From an uncultured Acidobacteriota bacterium (GTDB lineage Bacteria; Acidobacteriota; JAQAZP01): a DNA stretch of 64,000 bases. The translations under genes and the position numbers were made by a program. Below, in pieces: positions 54,031 through 63,682 of this stretch; position 1 is the first letter of the stretch; each line of letters starts with the position of its first letter. The stretch covers positions 192,001 to 256,000 of the forward strand of contig CAWIIB010000001.1 in NCBI GenBank assembly GCA_963836075.1, written 5' to 3'. Below the pieces are notes generated by a model. It saw only the letters and a program-made list of their open reading frames with translations. It was not told where the DNA came from and searched no databases.

Positions 54031-55146
54031 ATGAGTACCACAGCAGATCTCCAGTTCGCCAACGACGTGATCCGCGCCGGCGGGTCGGAGGTGATGAAAT
54101 GCTACCAGTGCGCCACCTGCTCGGCGGTGTGCGAACTGGCGCCGGTGGACAAGCCGTTTCCGCGCAAGGAGATGATCTGGGCCCAGTGGGGGCTGCAGGA
54201 GCGGCTGATCGGCGATCCCGACGTCTGGCTCTGCCACCAGTGCAACGACTGCACCGTGCACTGCCCGCGAGGCGCCAAGCCGGCGGACGTGATGTCGGCG
54301 GTACGGCAGCTGAGCATCGAGCATTACGCGGTACCCCGGGCCCTGGCCCGGATGGTCAACAAACCCGGCATGCTGCCGCTGCTGCTGGCCATCCCGTCGC
54401 TGGTCATCGGGCTTATATTGATTCTGCTGTACGCCGGCGGGGTGATCGAGCTGGGCGGCCACGAGGTGGAATATGCCAAGATGTTTCCCCACGCCTGGCT
54501 CAACGGCAGCTTCACCATCTTCTTCTTTGTCGCCTGCGGGGCGCTGTTCGTCGGTTTGCGCCGCTTCTGGAACGACATGGACCGGCTGGCCCCGGCAACC
54601 GGGGCGGATCGCAAACCGCTGATCGGCTCGCTGATCGGGCTGCTGCTGGAGTTCATTGCGCACAGCCGTTTCGGCAAGTGCACCGACGACCACTATCGCA
54701 AACTGTCCCACCTGGGGGTGGTTTTCGGTTTCGCCGGCCTGCTGCTGGTCACCGCCGTGGCCATCGTTTACATCCTGCTGCACCTGCCCTATCCCATGGC
54801 CCAGACCAACCCGTTCAAGATCCTCGGCAACCTCAGTGCCCTGGCCATGCTCAGCGGCCTGCTGGTGCTGATCTTCAAGCGTTTCGAAAAACGTGACACC
54901 GCCCGGGGCAGCACCTACTTTGACTGGTCCTTCCTCGTGCTGCTGCTGCTGGTGGTGGTCACAGGTCTGCTCACCGAGGCGGCCCGGCTGGTGGGCGTGG
55001 CTGCCGTGGCCTATCCGGTCTACTATGTGCACCTGGTTATCATCTGGTCACTCTTCGTCTATGCGCCCTATTCCAAAATGGCCCACCTGGCCTACCGGCT
55101 CACCGCGCTGCTGCACGCCCGGGTCAATGGCAGGGAGGAGGTCTGA
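54031..55146 (+). CDS. qmoC: QmoC (HdrC-like Fe-S + cytochrome b)
   Basis: CYQCATCSAVC, FPRKEMIWAQWG, CHQCNDCTVHCP, TM helices with His, PYSKMAH. Confidence 0.96.
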   Translation: MSTTADLQFANDVIRAGGSEVMKCYQCATCSAVCELAPVDKPFPRKEMIWAQWGLQERLIGDPDVWLCHQCNDCTVHCPRGAKPADVMSAVRQLSIEHYAVPRALARMVNKPGMLPLLLAIPSLVIGLILILLYAGGVIELGGHEVEYAKMFPHAWLNGSFTIFFFVACGALFVGLRRFWNDMDRLAPATGADRKPLIGSLIGLLLEFIAHSRFGKCTDDHYRKLSHLGVVFGFAGLLLVTAVAIVYILLHLPYPMAQTNPFKILGNLSALAMLSGLLVLIFKRFEKRDTARGSTYFDWSFLVLLLLVVVTGLLTEAARLVGVAAVAYPVYYVHLVIIWSLFVYAPYSKMAHLAYRLTALLHARVNGREEV

Positions 55147-55161
55147 GGACCTGAAACACCG

Positions 55162-56916
55162 ATGAAGAACAGCATCCAAGTGGAACAGCTCCGCAGCCTG
55201 GAGAAAAAACTGCGCGATTCCTTTCCTTCCCGCTCCCTCTGGGACGGCCTGGCCGACGTGATCCCCGACGCCATGTTCGTCATGGACGAGGACCGCCGGA
55301 TCATTTACTGGAGCGGAAGGGCGGAGGAGATGACCGGGTTCACCCCCGGGGACGTGCTGGGCAAGAACTGCTGTGCCGACGAGCGGTGCAACAACTGCCC
55401 CAAGGGTTGCCCGTTGTTCCAGGAGGGTTCGATGAACAACCTGGAAGGCATTTTTGCCACCAAGGACGGGCGGGTGATCCCGGTGCTGAAGAACGGTCTG
55501 CTGTTCCGCAACCGCCGGGGGCGGATCCTCGGCGCGGTGGAAACCATCCGCGACATCTCCATCGAGGAGCAGACCAGCCAGAGTCTGGCCCGGGAGCAGG
55601 TGCGTTTCGATTCGCAGAAACGTCTGTTGGAGTCGGTGATCGGCGCGGTGTCCGAAGGGGCGGTGGCCATCGACCGTGACCTGCAGATCATCAGCTTCTC
55701 CCGTCAGGCCTCGGAGATCAGCGGGGTAGCGGTGGAGGATGCCATCGGCGCCAAGTGCTGCGACATCCTGCGCAACCCGCTCTGCGAGGAGCAGTGCCCG
55801 ATGCAGCACCTGGCCGATCACCGGACCAGGCAGCCCGGGCTGCCCACCCGGATCAGCGGCGCCGGCGGCGACAGCATTCCGGTCACCGAGTCGGTGGTGC
55901 CGATCTTCATGGAGGGCAAGCTCAGCGGCGGGATCATCATCCTGCGCGACATGCGGGCCGAGGAAAAGCTGGCCCTGGAACAGATGCGCAGCGGGCAGCT
56001 GGACGAGATGATCGGCCGTTCCAGCGCGATGCAGAACATCTTCTATCTCATCGACCGGCTGGCCGAAATCGACACTCCGGTCTGTCTGGTGGGGGAGGCC
56101 GGAACCGGGCGGGATATCGTCGCCCGGACCCTGCACCGCAAGAGTGTTCGGTCCGAGGGCCAGCTGCGCAGCATCGACTGCGGCCTGCTTCCCGAGCACC
56201 TGCTGGAGAGCGAGTTTTTCGGGCATCTCAAGGGCGCCCTGCCCGGGGCGGTGCGCGACAAGGTCGGGCAGCTGGAACTGGCCCACCGGGGTACGCTGTA
56301 CGTGGCCCAGGTGGAAAAGCTGCCCCGGCCGCTGCAGAAGAAGCTCGTGCGGTTTCTCGAGACCGGGGAATTCACCAAGGTGGGCGGCAAGAACAGTATC
56401 GAAAGCGACGTGCGGATGATCTGCGCCTTCAACGAGGATTTCGAATCCCTGGTGCAAGAGGGACGCATCGGCAAGGACCTCTATGACGCCGTGTGCGGAA
56501 TCGTGATCAACATCCCGCCGCTGCGCGACCGCCGACTGGACATCGAACTGCTGGTGGTCCACTTTCTCAAGAGCCAGGACGTCTCGGGGATCGGTGAAAC
56601 CCAGGCGAAGAAGATATCCGCCGGCGCCCTGCGGGCCCTGGTCCGCTACCCCTGGCCCGGCAACGTTCGAGAACTGCGTAACGTCCTCGACTACGCGGTA
56701 TCGGTCTGCTCGGGAACGACGATCAACCTCAACGATTTGCCACCGGAGATCATCAGCTCGCTGGTTCCCAGCGACGATTCCGGTGAGGACGATGAACGGA
56801 CCCGGATCCTCCGCGCCCTGGAGGAAACCCACTGGCGCCGTTCGGAAGCGGCCCAGGCCCTGGGAATGGACCGTTCCACCCTCTGGAGAAAGATGAAATC
56901 CTTCGGTCTCTGCTGA
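55162..56916 (+). CDS. PAS-PAS-AAA+-Fis HTH regulator of the NtrC family with degenerate catalytic motifs
   Basis: Two PAS domains; ESEFFGH, YPWPGNVRELRN, AAQALGMDRSTLWRKM; but GEAGTGRD, GALPGA and LYVAQV replace the canonical motifs. Confidence 0.9.
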   Translation: MKNSIQVEQLRSLEKKLRDSFPSRSLWDGLADVIPDAMFVMDEDRRIIYWSGRAEEMTGFTPGDVLGKNCCADERCNNCPKGCPLFQEGSMNNLEGIFATKDGRVIPVLKNGLLFRNRRGRILGAVETIRDISIEEQTSQSLAREQVRFDSQKRLLESVIGAVSEGAVAIDRDLQIISFSRQASEISGVAVEDAIGAKCCDILRNPLCEEQCPMQHLADHRTRQPGLPTRISGAGGDSIPVTESVVPIFMEGKLSGGIIILRDMRAEEKLALEQMRSGQLDEMIGRSSAMQNIFYLIDRLAEIDTPVCLVGEAGTGRDIVARTLHRKSVRSEGQLRSIDCGLLPEHLLESEFFGHLKGALPGAVRDKVGQLELAHRGTLYVAQVEKLPRPLQKKLVRFLETGEFTKVGGKNSIESDVRMICAFNEDFESLVQEGRIGKDLYDAVCGIVINIPPLRDRRLDIELLVVHFLKSQDVSGIGETQAKKISAGALRALVRYPWPGNVRELRNVLDYAVSVCSGTTINLNDLPPEIISSLVPSDDSGEDDERTRILRALEETHWRRSEAAQALGMDRSTLWRKMKSFGLC

Positions 56917-57079
56917 AACCGGGACCGTTTCGCCCGCTGCCGGGGGACAATACCCTGCCTCTGGCCCGATTCCGGGCCACAATCAGGTCACAAGCAACGC
57001 GATGTTGCACTTCCCTGACCCGGGCATGACTTTTTGATATAAAGCTGTAAAGTGTTACAAGTAATATTATTAAACCTCA

Positions 57080-57178
57080 TGCCACATTGCTGCCTTTTGT
57101 GATAACAACATATTTTGCAACAGAATATTCACCGCGTTGGTCGAAATGCTTGACAGGTGGTCACGCTTGGAGTATAAA
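57080..57178 (+). promoter_or_regulatory. sigma70 promoter of dsrC-dsrABD with phased TGCAACA-like boxes
   Basis: TTGACA 57150 -N17- TATAAA 57173; TGCCACA 57080, AACAACA 57104, TGCAACA 57116. Confidence 0.8.
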
Positions 57179-57279
57179 CGGTCTCCATAGAGTTGGATTT
57201 TCATGTACCGTGTTTTGAATCGGGCATTATTTCAATCTTGGATTTGGCGCCTCGGGCGCTCATCAAAAGGAGTTTATAG

Positions 57280-57597
57280 ATGCCAGTTTTTGAATTCGAT
57301 GGACAGGAGATCGAGGTCGACGAGGACGGGTTCATCCAGAATCCCGATGTCTGGAACGACGACATCGCCGCGGCGCTGGCCAAGACCGAGGGTGTCGACG
57401 AACTGACCGAAGACCACTGGAAGCTGGTCCGCTACCTCCGGGACTACTACCTGCAGTTCGGTATCGCCCCCATGATCCGCAAGCTCTGCAAGGCCACCGG
57501 CTTCTCGCTGAAGACCGTTTACGAACTGTTCCCCAGCGGCCCGGCAAAGGGTGCCTGCAAGGTGGCTGGTCTGCCCAAGCCCACCGGCTGTGTGTAA
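57280..57597 (+). CDS. dsrC: DsrC sulfur carrier with both C-terminal cysteines
   Basis: VDEDGF, LTEDHW, LFPSGPAKGACKVAGLPKPTGCV (C-X10-C). Confidence 0.98.
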   Translation: MPVFEFDGQEIEVDEDGFIQNPDVWNDDIAAALAKTEGVDELTEDHWKLVRYLRDYYLQFGIAPMIRKLCKATGFSLKTVYELFPSGPAKGACKVAGLPKPTGCV

Positions 57598-57657
57598 ACG
57601 GCATTCAGGTATTTGACGTATTCCCGAAGATGAGAGAAAACCGAGAAGGGAGTTGTG

Positions 57658-58887
57658 ATGGCTGAACCGAAGAAATACGACACCCCCTTGCTGGACGAGC
57701 TTGAAAAGGGTGCCTTTCCCAGCTTCGTGACCGAGATCAAGCGGATGGCCGAGCGCAAGCCGATGGCCGCCGACCTGCTGGGCCAGCTGGAGAAATCGTA
57801 TCGCGACAAGATCGGCTACTGGAAGCATGGCGGCCTGGTTGGCGTGATGGGTTACGGCGGCGGCGTGATCGGCCGCTATTCCGCCCAGAACGAAGAGTTC
57901 CCTGAGGTGTCCCACTTCCACACCATCCGGGTCAACCAGCCCTCCGGCTGGTTCTACAGCACCGAGAAACTGCGCCTGCTCTGCGACATCTGGGACCGCC
58001 ACGGTTCCGGCCTGACCAACATGCACGGCTCCACCGGCGACATCGTCTTCCTCGGCACGCGCACCGAAGAGCTGGAGCCGATCTTCTCCGAGCTGACCGA
58101 GAACGGGTTCGACCTCGGCGGTTCCGGGTCCTGCATGCGGACTCCCAGCTGCTGCGTGGGACCGGGCCGCTGCGAGTGGGCGCTCTACGACACCCTGGCC
58201 CTGACCTACCAGCTGACCATGGACTTCCAGGACGAGATGCACCGTCCGCCGTTCCCCTACAAGTTCAAGTTCAAGATGGCCGGCTGCCCCAACGACTGCG
58301 TGGCCTCCATCGCCCGCGCCGACATGTCGATCATCGGCACCTGGCGGGACGAGATCAAGATCGATGCCGCCGCCCTGAAGAGCGAGTATATCGACAAGGG
58401 CAAAGACATCCAGTCCGACGTGGTCGACATGTGTCCCACCGGCTGCATGAAGTTCGACGGCGAAACCCTGGACATCGACAACGCCAACTGCACCAAGTGC
58501 ATGCACTGCATCAACGTGCTGCACCACGCACTGGCTCCCGGCGATGATCGCGGCGCCTGTATCCTGGTCGGTTCCAAGGCCCCCATCGTCGAGGGCGCGC
58601 TGCTCTCCTCGGTGATCGTGCCCTTCATCAAGCTGGAAACGCCCAAGGAGGGTGAGGATCCCTATCCCGAACTGATGGACCTCGTCGAGAGGATGTGGGA
58701 CTTCTGGGGTGAGAACGGCAAGAACCGTGAGCGGATCGGCGAGATGATCCAGCGGATCGGCCTGGGGAACTTCCTCGACGAGATCGAGGTGGACCCGATT
58801 CCGGAGATGATCGTGCATCCCCGGACCAACCCCTACATCTTCTTCGAAGAGTATTACGAGGACGATGACGAGGACGACGAGGAATAG
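57658..58887 (+). CDS. dsrA: Dissimilatory sulfite reductase alpha subunit
   Basis: [57 protein letters not shown]. Confidence 0.98.
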   Translation: MAEPKKYDTPLLDELEKGAFPSFVTEIKRMAERKPMAADLLGQLEKSYRDKIGYWKHGGLVGVMGYGGGVIGRYSAQNEEFPEVSHFHTIRVNQPSGWFYSTEKLRLLCDIWDRHGSGLTNMHGSTGDIVFLGTRTEELEPIFSELTENGFDLGGSGSCMRTPSCCVGPGRCEWALYDTLALTYQLTMDFQDEMHRPPFPYKFKFKMAGCPNDCVASIARADMSIIGTWRDEIKIDAAALKSEYIDKGKDIQSDVVDMCPTGCMKFDGETLDIDNANCTKCMHCINVLHHALAPGDDRGACILVGSKAPIVEGALLSSVIVPFIKLETPKEGEDPYPELMDLVERMWDFWGENGKNRERIGEMIQRIGLGNFLDEIEVDPIPEMIVHPRTNPYIFFEEYYEDDDEDDEE

Positions 58888-58956
58888 ATCGTCGCTCCAC
58901 CAGGATCGACTTACGTAGGAGATTTCAGTTTAAGATAGAGCAAATGGAGGTTTTCC

Positions 58957-60042
58957 ATGGCTGACGAACCCGCCAAAAGAATTACCGATATCGGACCGCC
59001 GCACTACAGCGAGATGCTGCCGCCGATGATCAAAGAGAACCTGGGCAAGTGGAAGGATCACGAGATCGTCACCCCGGGCATCATGTATCACGTGGCCGAA
59101 TCCGGGGACAAGCTGTACACCGTGCGCGTGGCCTCTCCGCGGATCCTCTCCGTGGACCGGATCACGGACATCTGCGACCTGGCCGACAAGCACTGCGAAG
59201 GCTATCTGCGCTTCACCAGCCGCAACAATGTGGAATTCCTGGTCAGCGACGAATCGAAACTGCAGCCGCTGATCGACGACCTGAACAAGGATCCGTTCTT
59301 TGTCATCGGCGGCATGGGCAACGGTATTTCCAACATCGTCCACACCCAGGGCTGGGTGCACTGCCACTCCTCGGCCACCGATGCCTCGGGCATCGTCAAG
59401 TGCGTGATGGACGAGCTGCACGAGTACTTCAGCGAAACCAGGCTGCCGGGCAAGATCCGTATCGCCCTGGCCTGCTGTCTCAACATGTGCGGTGCGGTGC
59501 ACTGCTCGGACATCGCCATTCTCGGTGTGCACCGCCGCCCGCCGAGGATCGACAATGACAACCTGGACAAGATCTGCGAGATCCCCACAACCGTGGCCTC
59601 CTGTCCCACCGGCGCCATCCGGCCGGCCACCGTGGACGGCAAGGAGACGGTGGAGGTGGACGAGGACGCCTGCATGTTCTGCGCGAACTGCTACACCGTC
59701 TGCCCCTCGATGCCGCTCAATGACCCGCTGAACGACGGTATCTCCATCTGGGTTGGCGGCAAGGTGTCCAACGCCCGGTCCGAGCCGAAGTTCTCCAAGC
59801 TGGCCATTCCCTTCATTCCCAACAATCCGCCGCGCTGGCCCGAAGTGACCGAAGCGGTGAAGAATATCATCCAGGTCTACATCGACAACGCCAAACCCTA
59901 CGAGCGGATGGGCGAGATGATCGAGCGGATCGGCTGGCCGAAGTTCTTCGACCTCACCGGCATCGAGTTCACCAAGTATCACATCGATGACTTCAAACAT
60001 GCAGGGACGACCTACAAGACGTCCACGCACCTGAGATACTAG
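58957..60042 (+). CDS. dsrB: Dissimilatory sulfite reductase beta subunit
   Basis: [60 protein letters not shown]. Confidence 0.98.
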   Translation: MADEPAKRITDIGPPHYSEMLPPMIKENLGKWKDHEIVTPGIMYHVAESGDKLYTVRVASPRILSVDRITDICDLADKHCEGYLRFTSRNNVEFLVSDESKLQPLIDDLNKDPFFVIGGMGNGISNIVHTQGWVHCHSSATDASGIVKCVMDELHEYFSETRLPGKIRIALACCLNMCGAVHCSDIAILGVHRRPPRIDNDNLDKICEIPTTVASCPTGAIRPATVDGKETVEVDEDACMFCANCYTVCPSMPLNDPLNDGISIWVGGKVSNARSEPKFSKLAIPFIPNNPPRWPEVTEAVKNIIQVYIDNAKPYERMGEMIERIGWPKFFDLTGIEFTKYHIDDFKHAGTTYKTSTHLRY

Positions 60043-60053
60043 GGGGCAAGACC

Positions 60054-60296
60054 ATGGCTGATGTCAGCATCGAGCAGATTGCGGACGAGATGTTCAAGAT
60101 GGTCGAAGACGCCTCCGGCAAGCGGAACTACAAGCCGGGCGACCTGGTCAAGGCCATGATGGCCAAGTTCGACGCGGACAAGAAGACCTGCAAGACTGCT
60201 CTGCGGACGCTGATGGACTCCGGCCGCTGTGTCTACGGATACTTCGGCGGAACTTCGGTCCAGTTGCCGCACAAGGAAGGCGCTGCGAACGACTAG
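60054..60296 (+). CDS. dsrD: DsrD, small winged-helix activator of DsrAB
   Basis: 80 aa directly after dsrB; KRNYKPGDL...KTALRTLMDSGRCVYGYFGGT. Confidence 0.85.
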   Translation: MADVSIEQIADEMFKMVEDASGKRNYKPGDLVKAMMAKFDADKKTCKTALRTLMDSGRCVYGYFGGTSVQLPHKEGAAND

Positions 60297-60304
60297 CGTA
60301 TGCT

Positions 60305-60344
60305 GGCCGGCGGGGCTCCCGCGGGGGTCCCGCCGGCTGATTTT
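60305..60344 (+). terminator. Terminator-like hairpin after dsrD
   Basis: GCCGGCGGGGCTCC-CGCG-GGGGTCCCGCCGGC then TGATTTT. Confidence 0.6.
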
Positions 60345-60439
60345 CCCTCCGCTCCTGCAGGGGTGTGGGCCCACCTTCGCCGTTGCCCGCGCGGGTTTGC
60401 GGAGGGCCCGGGACCACGGGCCCGGCGCCGGAGCCGGAG

Positions 60440-61849
60440 ATGCGAGAACACTGCCCACGAGTTATGATCGCCGGAATGGGCGGTGATTCGGGTAAGACAC
60501 TTCTCTCCCTCGGCCTTCTTTCCTCCTGGCGCCGTGACGGCCTGCGCATCGCTCCGTTTAAAAAAGGTCCCGACTATATCGACGCGGCATGGCTGGCCCG
60601 GCTGTCCGGTGCGGCCTGTCGCAATCTCGATACGTTCCTGATGGGTGACGCTGAGGTGCGTTCCGCCTTTTTCACCCATTCCCGGGGCGTGGATGCGGCC
60701 CTGGTGGAAGGAAACAGGGGACTGTTCGACGGGATCGACGCCGGCGGGCGGCACAGCAGCGCCGAACTGGCCAAGCTGCTGGACACGCCGGTGCTGCTGG
60801 TGGTTGGTGTGCGGAAGGTGACCCGTACCGTGGCCGCCTGGCTGCTGGGGTGCCGGGCGCTGGATCCCGAGCTGAAGATCGCCGGGGTGGTGCTCAACCG
60901 GGTGGCCGGGACGCGTCACGAAAGGGTGGTCAGGGAATCGATCGAATCGATATGTGACCTGCCGGTTGTGGGGGCACTGCCGGTTTTGCCCGAGGGCAGC
61001 CTGCTCCCCGATCGTCATCTGGGGCTGGTCACCCCGGCGGAAAACGACCGTGTTGTGGAGATGGAGGAGCGGCTGGCCGGCATCATCGGCCGCTATGTCG
61101 ATTGCGCCGCCGCCCTGGACCTGGCCCGCCAGGCGCTTCCGCTGGACCTGCCGGAGCGATCAGGGCCTGGAGAGACGACGAGCAGTGGGGAAGGGGTCCG
61201 GATTGCCTACTTCAGCGATTCGGCCTTCACCTTCTACTACCCGGAGAACCTCGAAGCCCTGGAGAAGCTGGGGGCGGAACTGCTGCCGCTGTCGAGCCTG
61301 GAGTCCACCCGGCTACCCCGGTCCGTGGATGCGCTCTATATCGGCGGAGGGTTTCCGGAGACCCACGCTTCACGCATCGCCGGCAACCGGGGGCTGTTCC
61401 AGTCCCTGGAGCAAGAGGTCGGGCTGGGGCTGCCGGTCTATGCCGAGTGCGGCGGGCTGATTTACCTCGCCCGTGCACTGCGCTGGCAGGGCCGGGAGTA
61501 TCCCATGGCCGGTGTGCTGCCGGTGACCGTGGAACTGGAGCAGCGACCGGCCGGGCACGGATATTGCCGGGTGGGGGTGGACCGCGACAACCCGTTCTTC
61601 CCGGTGGGCACCGAGCTCACCGGACACGAGTTTCACTACTCTCGCGTAGTGGAACAGGGAGTCGACCCCCGGACGGTGTTCAAGGTGCTTCGAGGCTCCG
61701 GAGCGGTGAGCGGGCGGGACGGGCTGGTCAGGGACAACGTGCTGGCCACCTATCTTCACCTGCACGCCCGGGGCACGCCGGCCTGGGCGGCGGGACTGGT
61801 TGGCGCTGCCCGGCGGTTCAGAAAAGAGAGTACGGTGATTAACGAGTAG
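60440..61849 (+). CDS. dsrN: DsrN siroheme amidase (cobyrinate a,c-diamide synthase-like)
   Basis: SGKT, FKKGPDYID, AFTFYYPENL, YAECGG, GHEFHYS; located in the dsr cluster. Confidence 0.93.
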   Translation: MREHCPRVMIAGMGGDSGKTLLSLGLLSSWRRDGLRIAPFKKGPDYIDAAWLARLSGAACRNLDTFLMGDAEVRSAFFTHSRGVDAALVEGNRGLFDGIDAGGRHSSAELAKLLDTPVLLVVGVRKVTRTVAAWLLGCRALDPELKIAGVVLNRVAGTRHERVVRESIESICDLPVVGALPVLPEGSLLPDRHLGLVTPAENDRVVEMEERLAGIIGRYVDCAAALDLARQALPLDLPERSGPGETTSSGEGVRIAYFSDSAFTFYYPENLEALEKLGAELLPLSSLESTRLPRSVDALYIGGGFPETHASRIAGNRGLFQSLEQEVGLGLPVYAECGGLIYLARALRWQGREYPMAGVLPVTVELEQRPAGHGYCRVGVDRDNPFFPVGTELTGHEFHYSRVVEQGVDPRTVFKVLRGSGAVSGRDGLVRDNVLATYLHLHARGTPAWAAGLVGAARRFRKESTVINE

Positions 61850-61930
61850 CGAGTTGTTGACCGAGCAGGGCCGGGGCGGGCGCTACCCGCTGCCGGCGCT
61901 TACACGAACAGAAACTGAGGTGACCTGCAA

Positions 61931-63640
61931 ATGGCGAAGATGGTCAAGAAAAAGAAAAAGAAGAAGTACGGCGCATCGAGATTCGGCGGCGGTTCGGCCG
62001 GCGGATCGGGGGGCGGCAAATCCGACCTCAGGCCCAAATTCGTGGAGAAGACCCCGCCCTGTACCGACAAGTGCCCGAACAACAACAATATCCGCGAAGC
62101 GCTGCGGGTGGTCGCCTCGTCAGAAAAGCAGGGCCGCACCTACGAGCAGTCGCTGGAAGCCGCCTGGTTCACCTTCACCGAGACCTCGCCCTTTCCCTCC
62201 GTCTGCGGACGGGTCTGTCCCCACCCCTGTGAGGGTGCCTGCAACCGCACCGAAGTTGACGGTGCAGTGGGGATCAACGCCTTCGAGCGCGCCGTGGGCG
62301 ACTACGGCATCGAGCAGGGTCTGAAACTGACCCGGCTCACCGAAGAAAAGAGGGAGGAGAAGGTTGCAGTGGTGGGTGCCGGTCCGGCCGGCATGTCCTG
62401 TGCGTTCCACCTGGCGCGACGCGGATACCCGGTGACCGTCTTCGAGGGTTTTCCCCGGGCCGGCGGCATGCTGCGCTACGGCATCCCTCCCTACCGGCTG
62501 CCCCGCAACATCATCGACGCTGAAGTGGCGAAGATCCTCGAACTGGGGGTCGATTTGAAGTGCGACACCGCGGTGGGCACCGATATCAGCTACGATGAGC
62601 TGAAGAACGATTACAAGGCCGTGTTCATGGGCATCGGGGCCCACAAGGGCCGGCAGCTGCGGGTGGAAGGGGAGGAGGCGGCAAATGTCTGGACGGGCGC
62701 CGACTTCCTGCACCGCCTGAACTCCGGGGAGAAGGTCGAGGTGGGGGACAAGGTGATCGTCATCGGCGGCGGCGACAGCGCCATCGATGCCGCCCGGGCT
62801 TCCAGGCGCCTCGGTGCAGATGTCCGGATCATCTACCGGCGGACCATCGAGGAGATGCCGGCCATATCCCACGAGGTGACCGCGGCCCAGGACGAGGGGA
62901 TCCAGATCGATTTCCTCGCCGCACCCGCGGGCATCCAGCTGGACGACAACGGCAAGGCCGTGGCCATGACCTGCATCCGCATGGAGCTGGGCGAGCCTGA
63001 CGAATCGGGCCGCCGCCGCCCGGTGCCGCAGGAGGGGTCGGAGTTTTCAGTGGAGACCACCACCATCATCGCCGCCATCAGCCAGGAACCGGACTTTGAC
63101 AATCTGGAGTTCCTGCGCGAAGGCCGCGACTGGCTCAAGGTGGACCAGCACCAGAAAATGCTCAAATTCGACGACATCTATGCCGGTGGCGATGCCCTGG
63201 ACCTGGCCACGGTGATCCAGGCCATCGCTCACGGCAAGGAGGCGGCGATCACCATCGACGCCAACCTGCGCGCTGAGGAGCGGCCCCGCGGACCGTGGGC
63301 CGACTATGCGGTGATCAAGCACGAGAAGATGAAACTCAGTTTTTACGAGAAGCTGGAGCGTCACGAAGTGCCTGAGCTGCCGGTGGCGGAGCGGTTCGAA
63401 AACGGGATGGAGAAGGAGGTGGCGCTGGGGCTGAGCCGCGAGGACGGCATCGAGGAGGCCAAGCGCTGTATGAGCTGCGGCCATTGCATGGACTGTGAGA
63501 GCTGCTGGATGTACTGCACCCCGGCGGCGGTGGTCAAACCGGACCAGCCCGGCGGTGACTACGCCTTCAAGCTGGAACTGTGCGACGGCTGCAAGAAGTG
63601 CGCCGAGGAATGTCCCTGTGGCTACATCGAGATGTTCTGA
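61931..63640 (+). CDS. dsrL: DsrL iron-sulfur flavoprotein, DsrL-2 (NADP(H)) type
   Basis: KTPPC, CGRVCPHPCE, GAGPAG, IGGGDSA, YRR motif, C-terminal CMSCG.C and CDGCKKCAEECPCG. Confidence 0.93.
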   Translation: MAKMVKKKKKKKYGASRFGGGSAGGSGGGKSDLRPKFVEKTPPCTDKCPNNNNIREALRVVASSEKQGRTYEQSLEAAWFTFTETSPFPSVCGRVCPHPCEGACNRTEVDGAVGINAFERAVGDYGIEQGLKLTRLTEEKREEKVAVVGAGPAGMSCAFHLARRGYPVTVFEGFPRAGGMLRYGIPPYRLPRNIIDAEVAKILELGVDLKCDTAVGTDISYDELKNDYKAVFMGIGAHKGRQLRVEGEEAANVWTGADFLHRLNSGEKVEVGDKVIVIGGGDSAIDAARASRRLGADVRIIYRRTIEEMPAISHEVTAAQDEGIQIDFLAAPAGIQLDDNGKAVAMTCIRMELGEPDESGRRRPVPQEGSEFSVETTTIIAAISQEPDFDNLEFLREGRDWLKVDQHQKMLKFDDIYAGGDALDLATVIQAIAHGKEAAITIDANLRAEERPRGPWADYAVIKHEKMKLSFYEKLERHEVPELPVAERFENGMEKEVALGLSREDGIEEAKRCMSCGHCMDCESCWMYCTPAAVVKPDQPGGDYAFKLELCDGCKKCAEECPCGYIEMF

Positions 63641-63682
63641 CCACGGGTCCCTGAACCCGCAGCCCTGGTGGAGATCTGAGCG

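Noticed and set aside
57097-57110. Rex operator upstream of dsrC (TTGTGATAACAA)
   Set aside because: Half-site spacing does not fit TTGTGAA-N4-TTCACAA.
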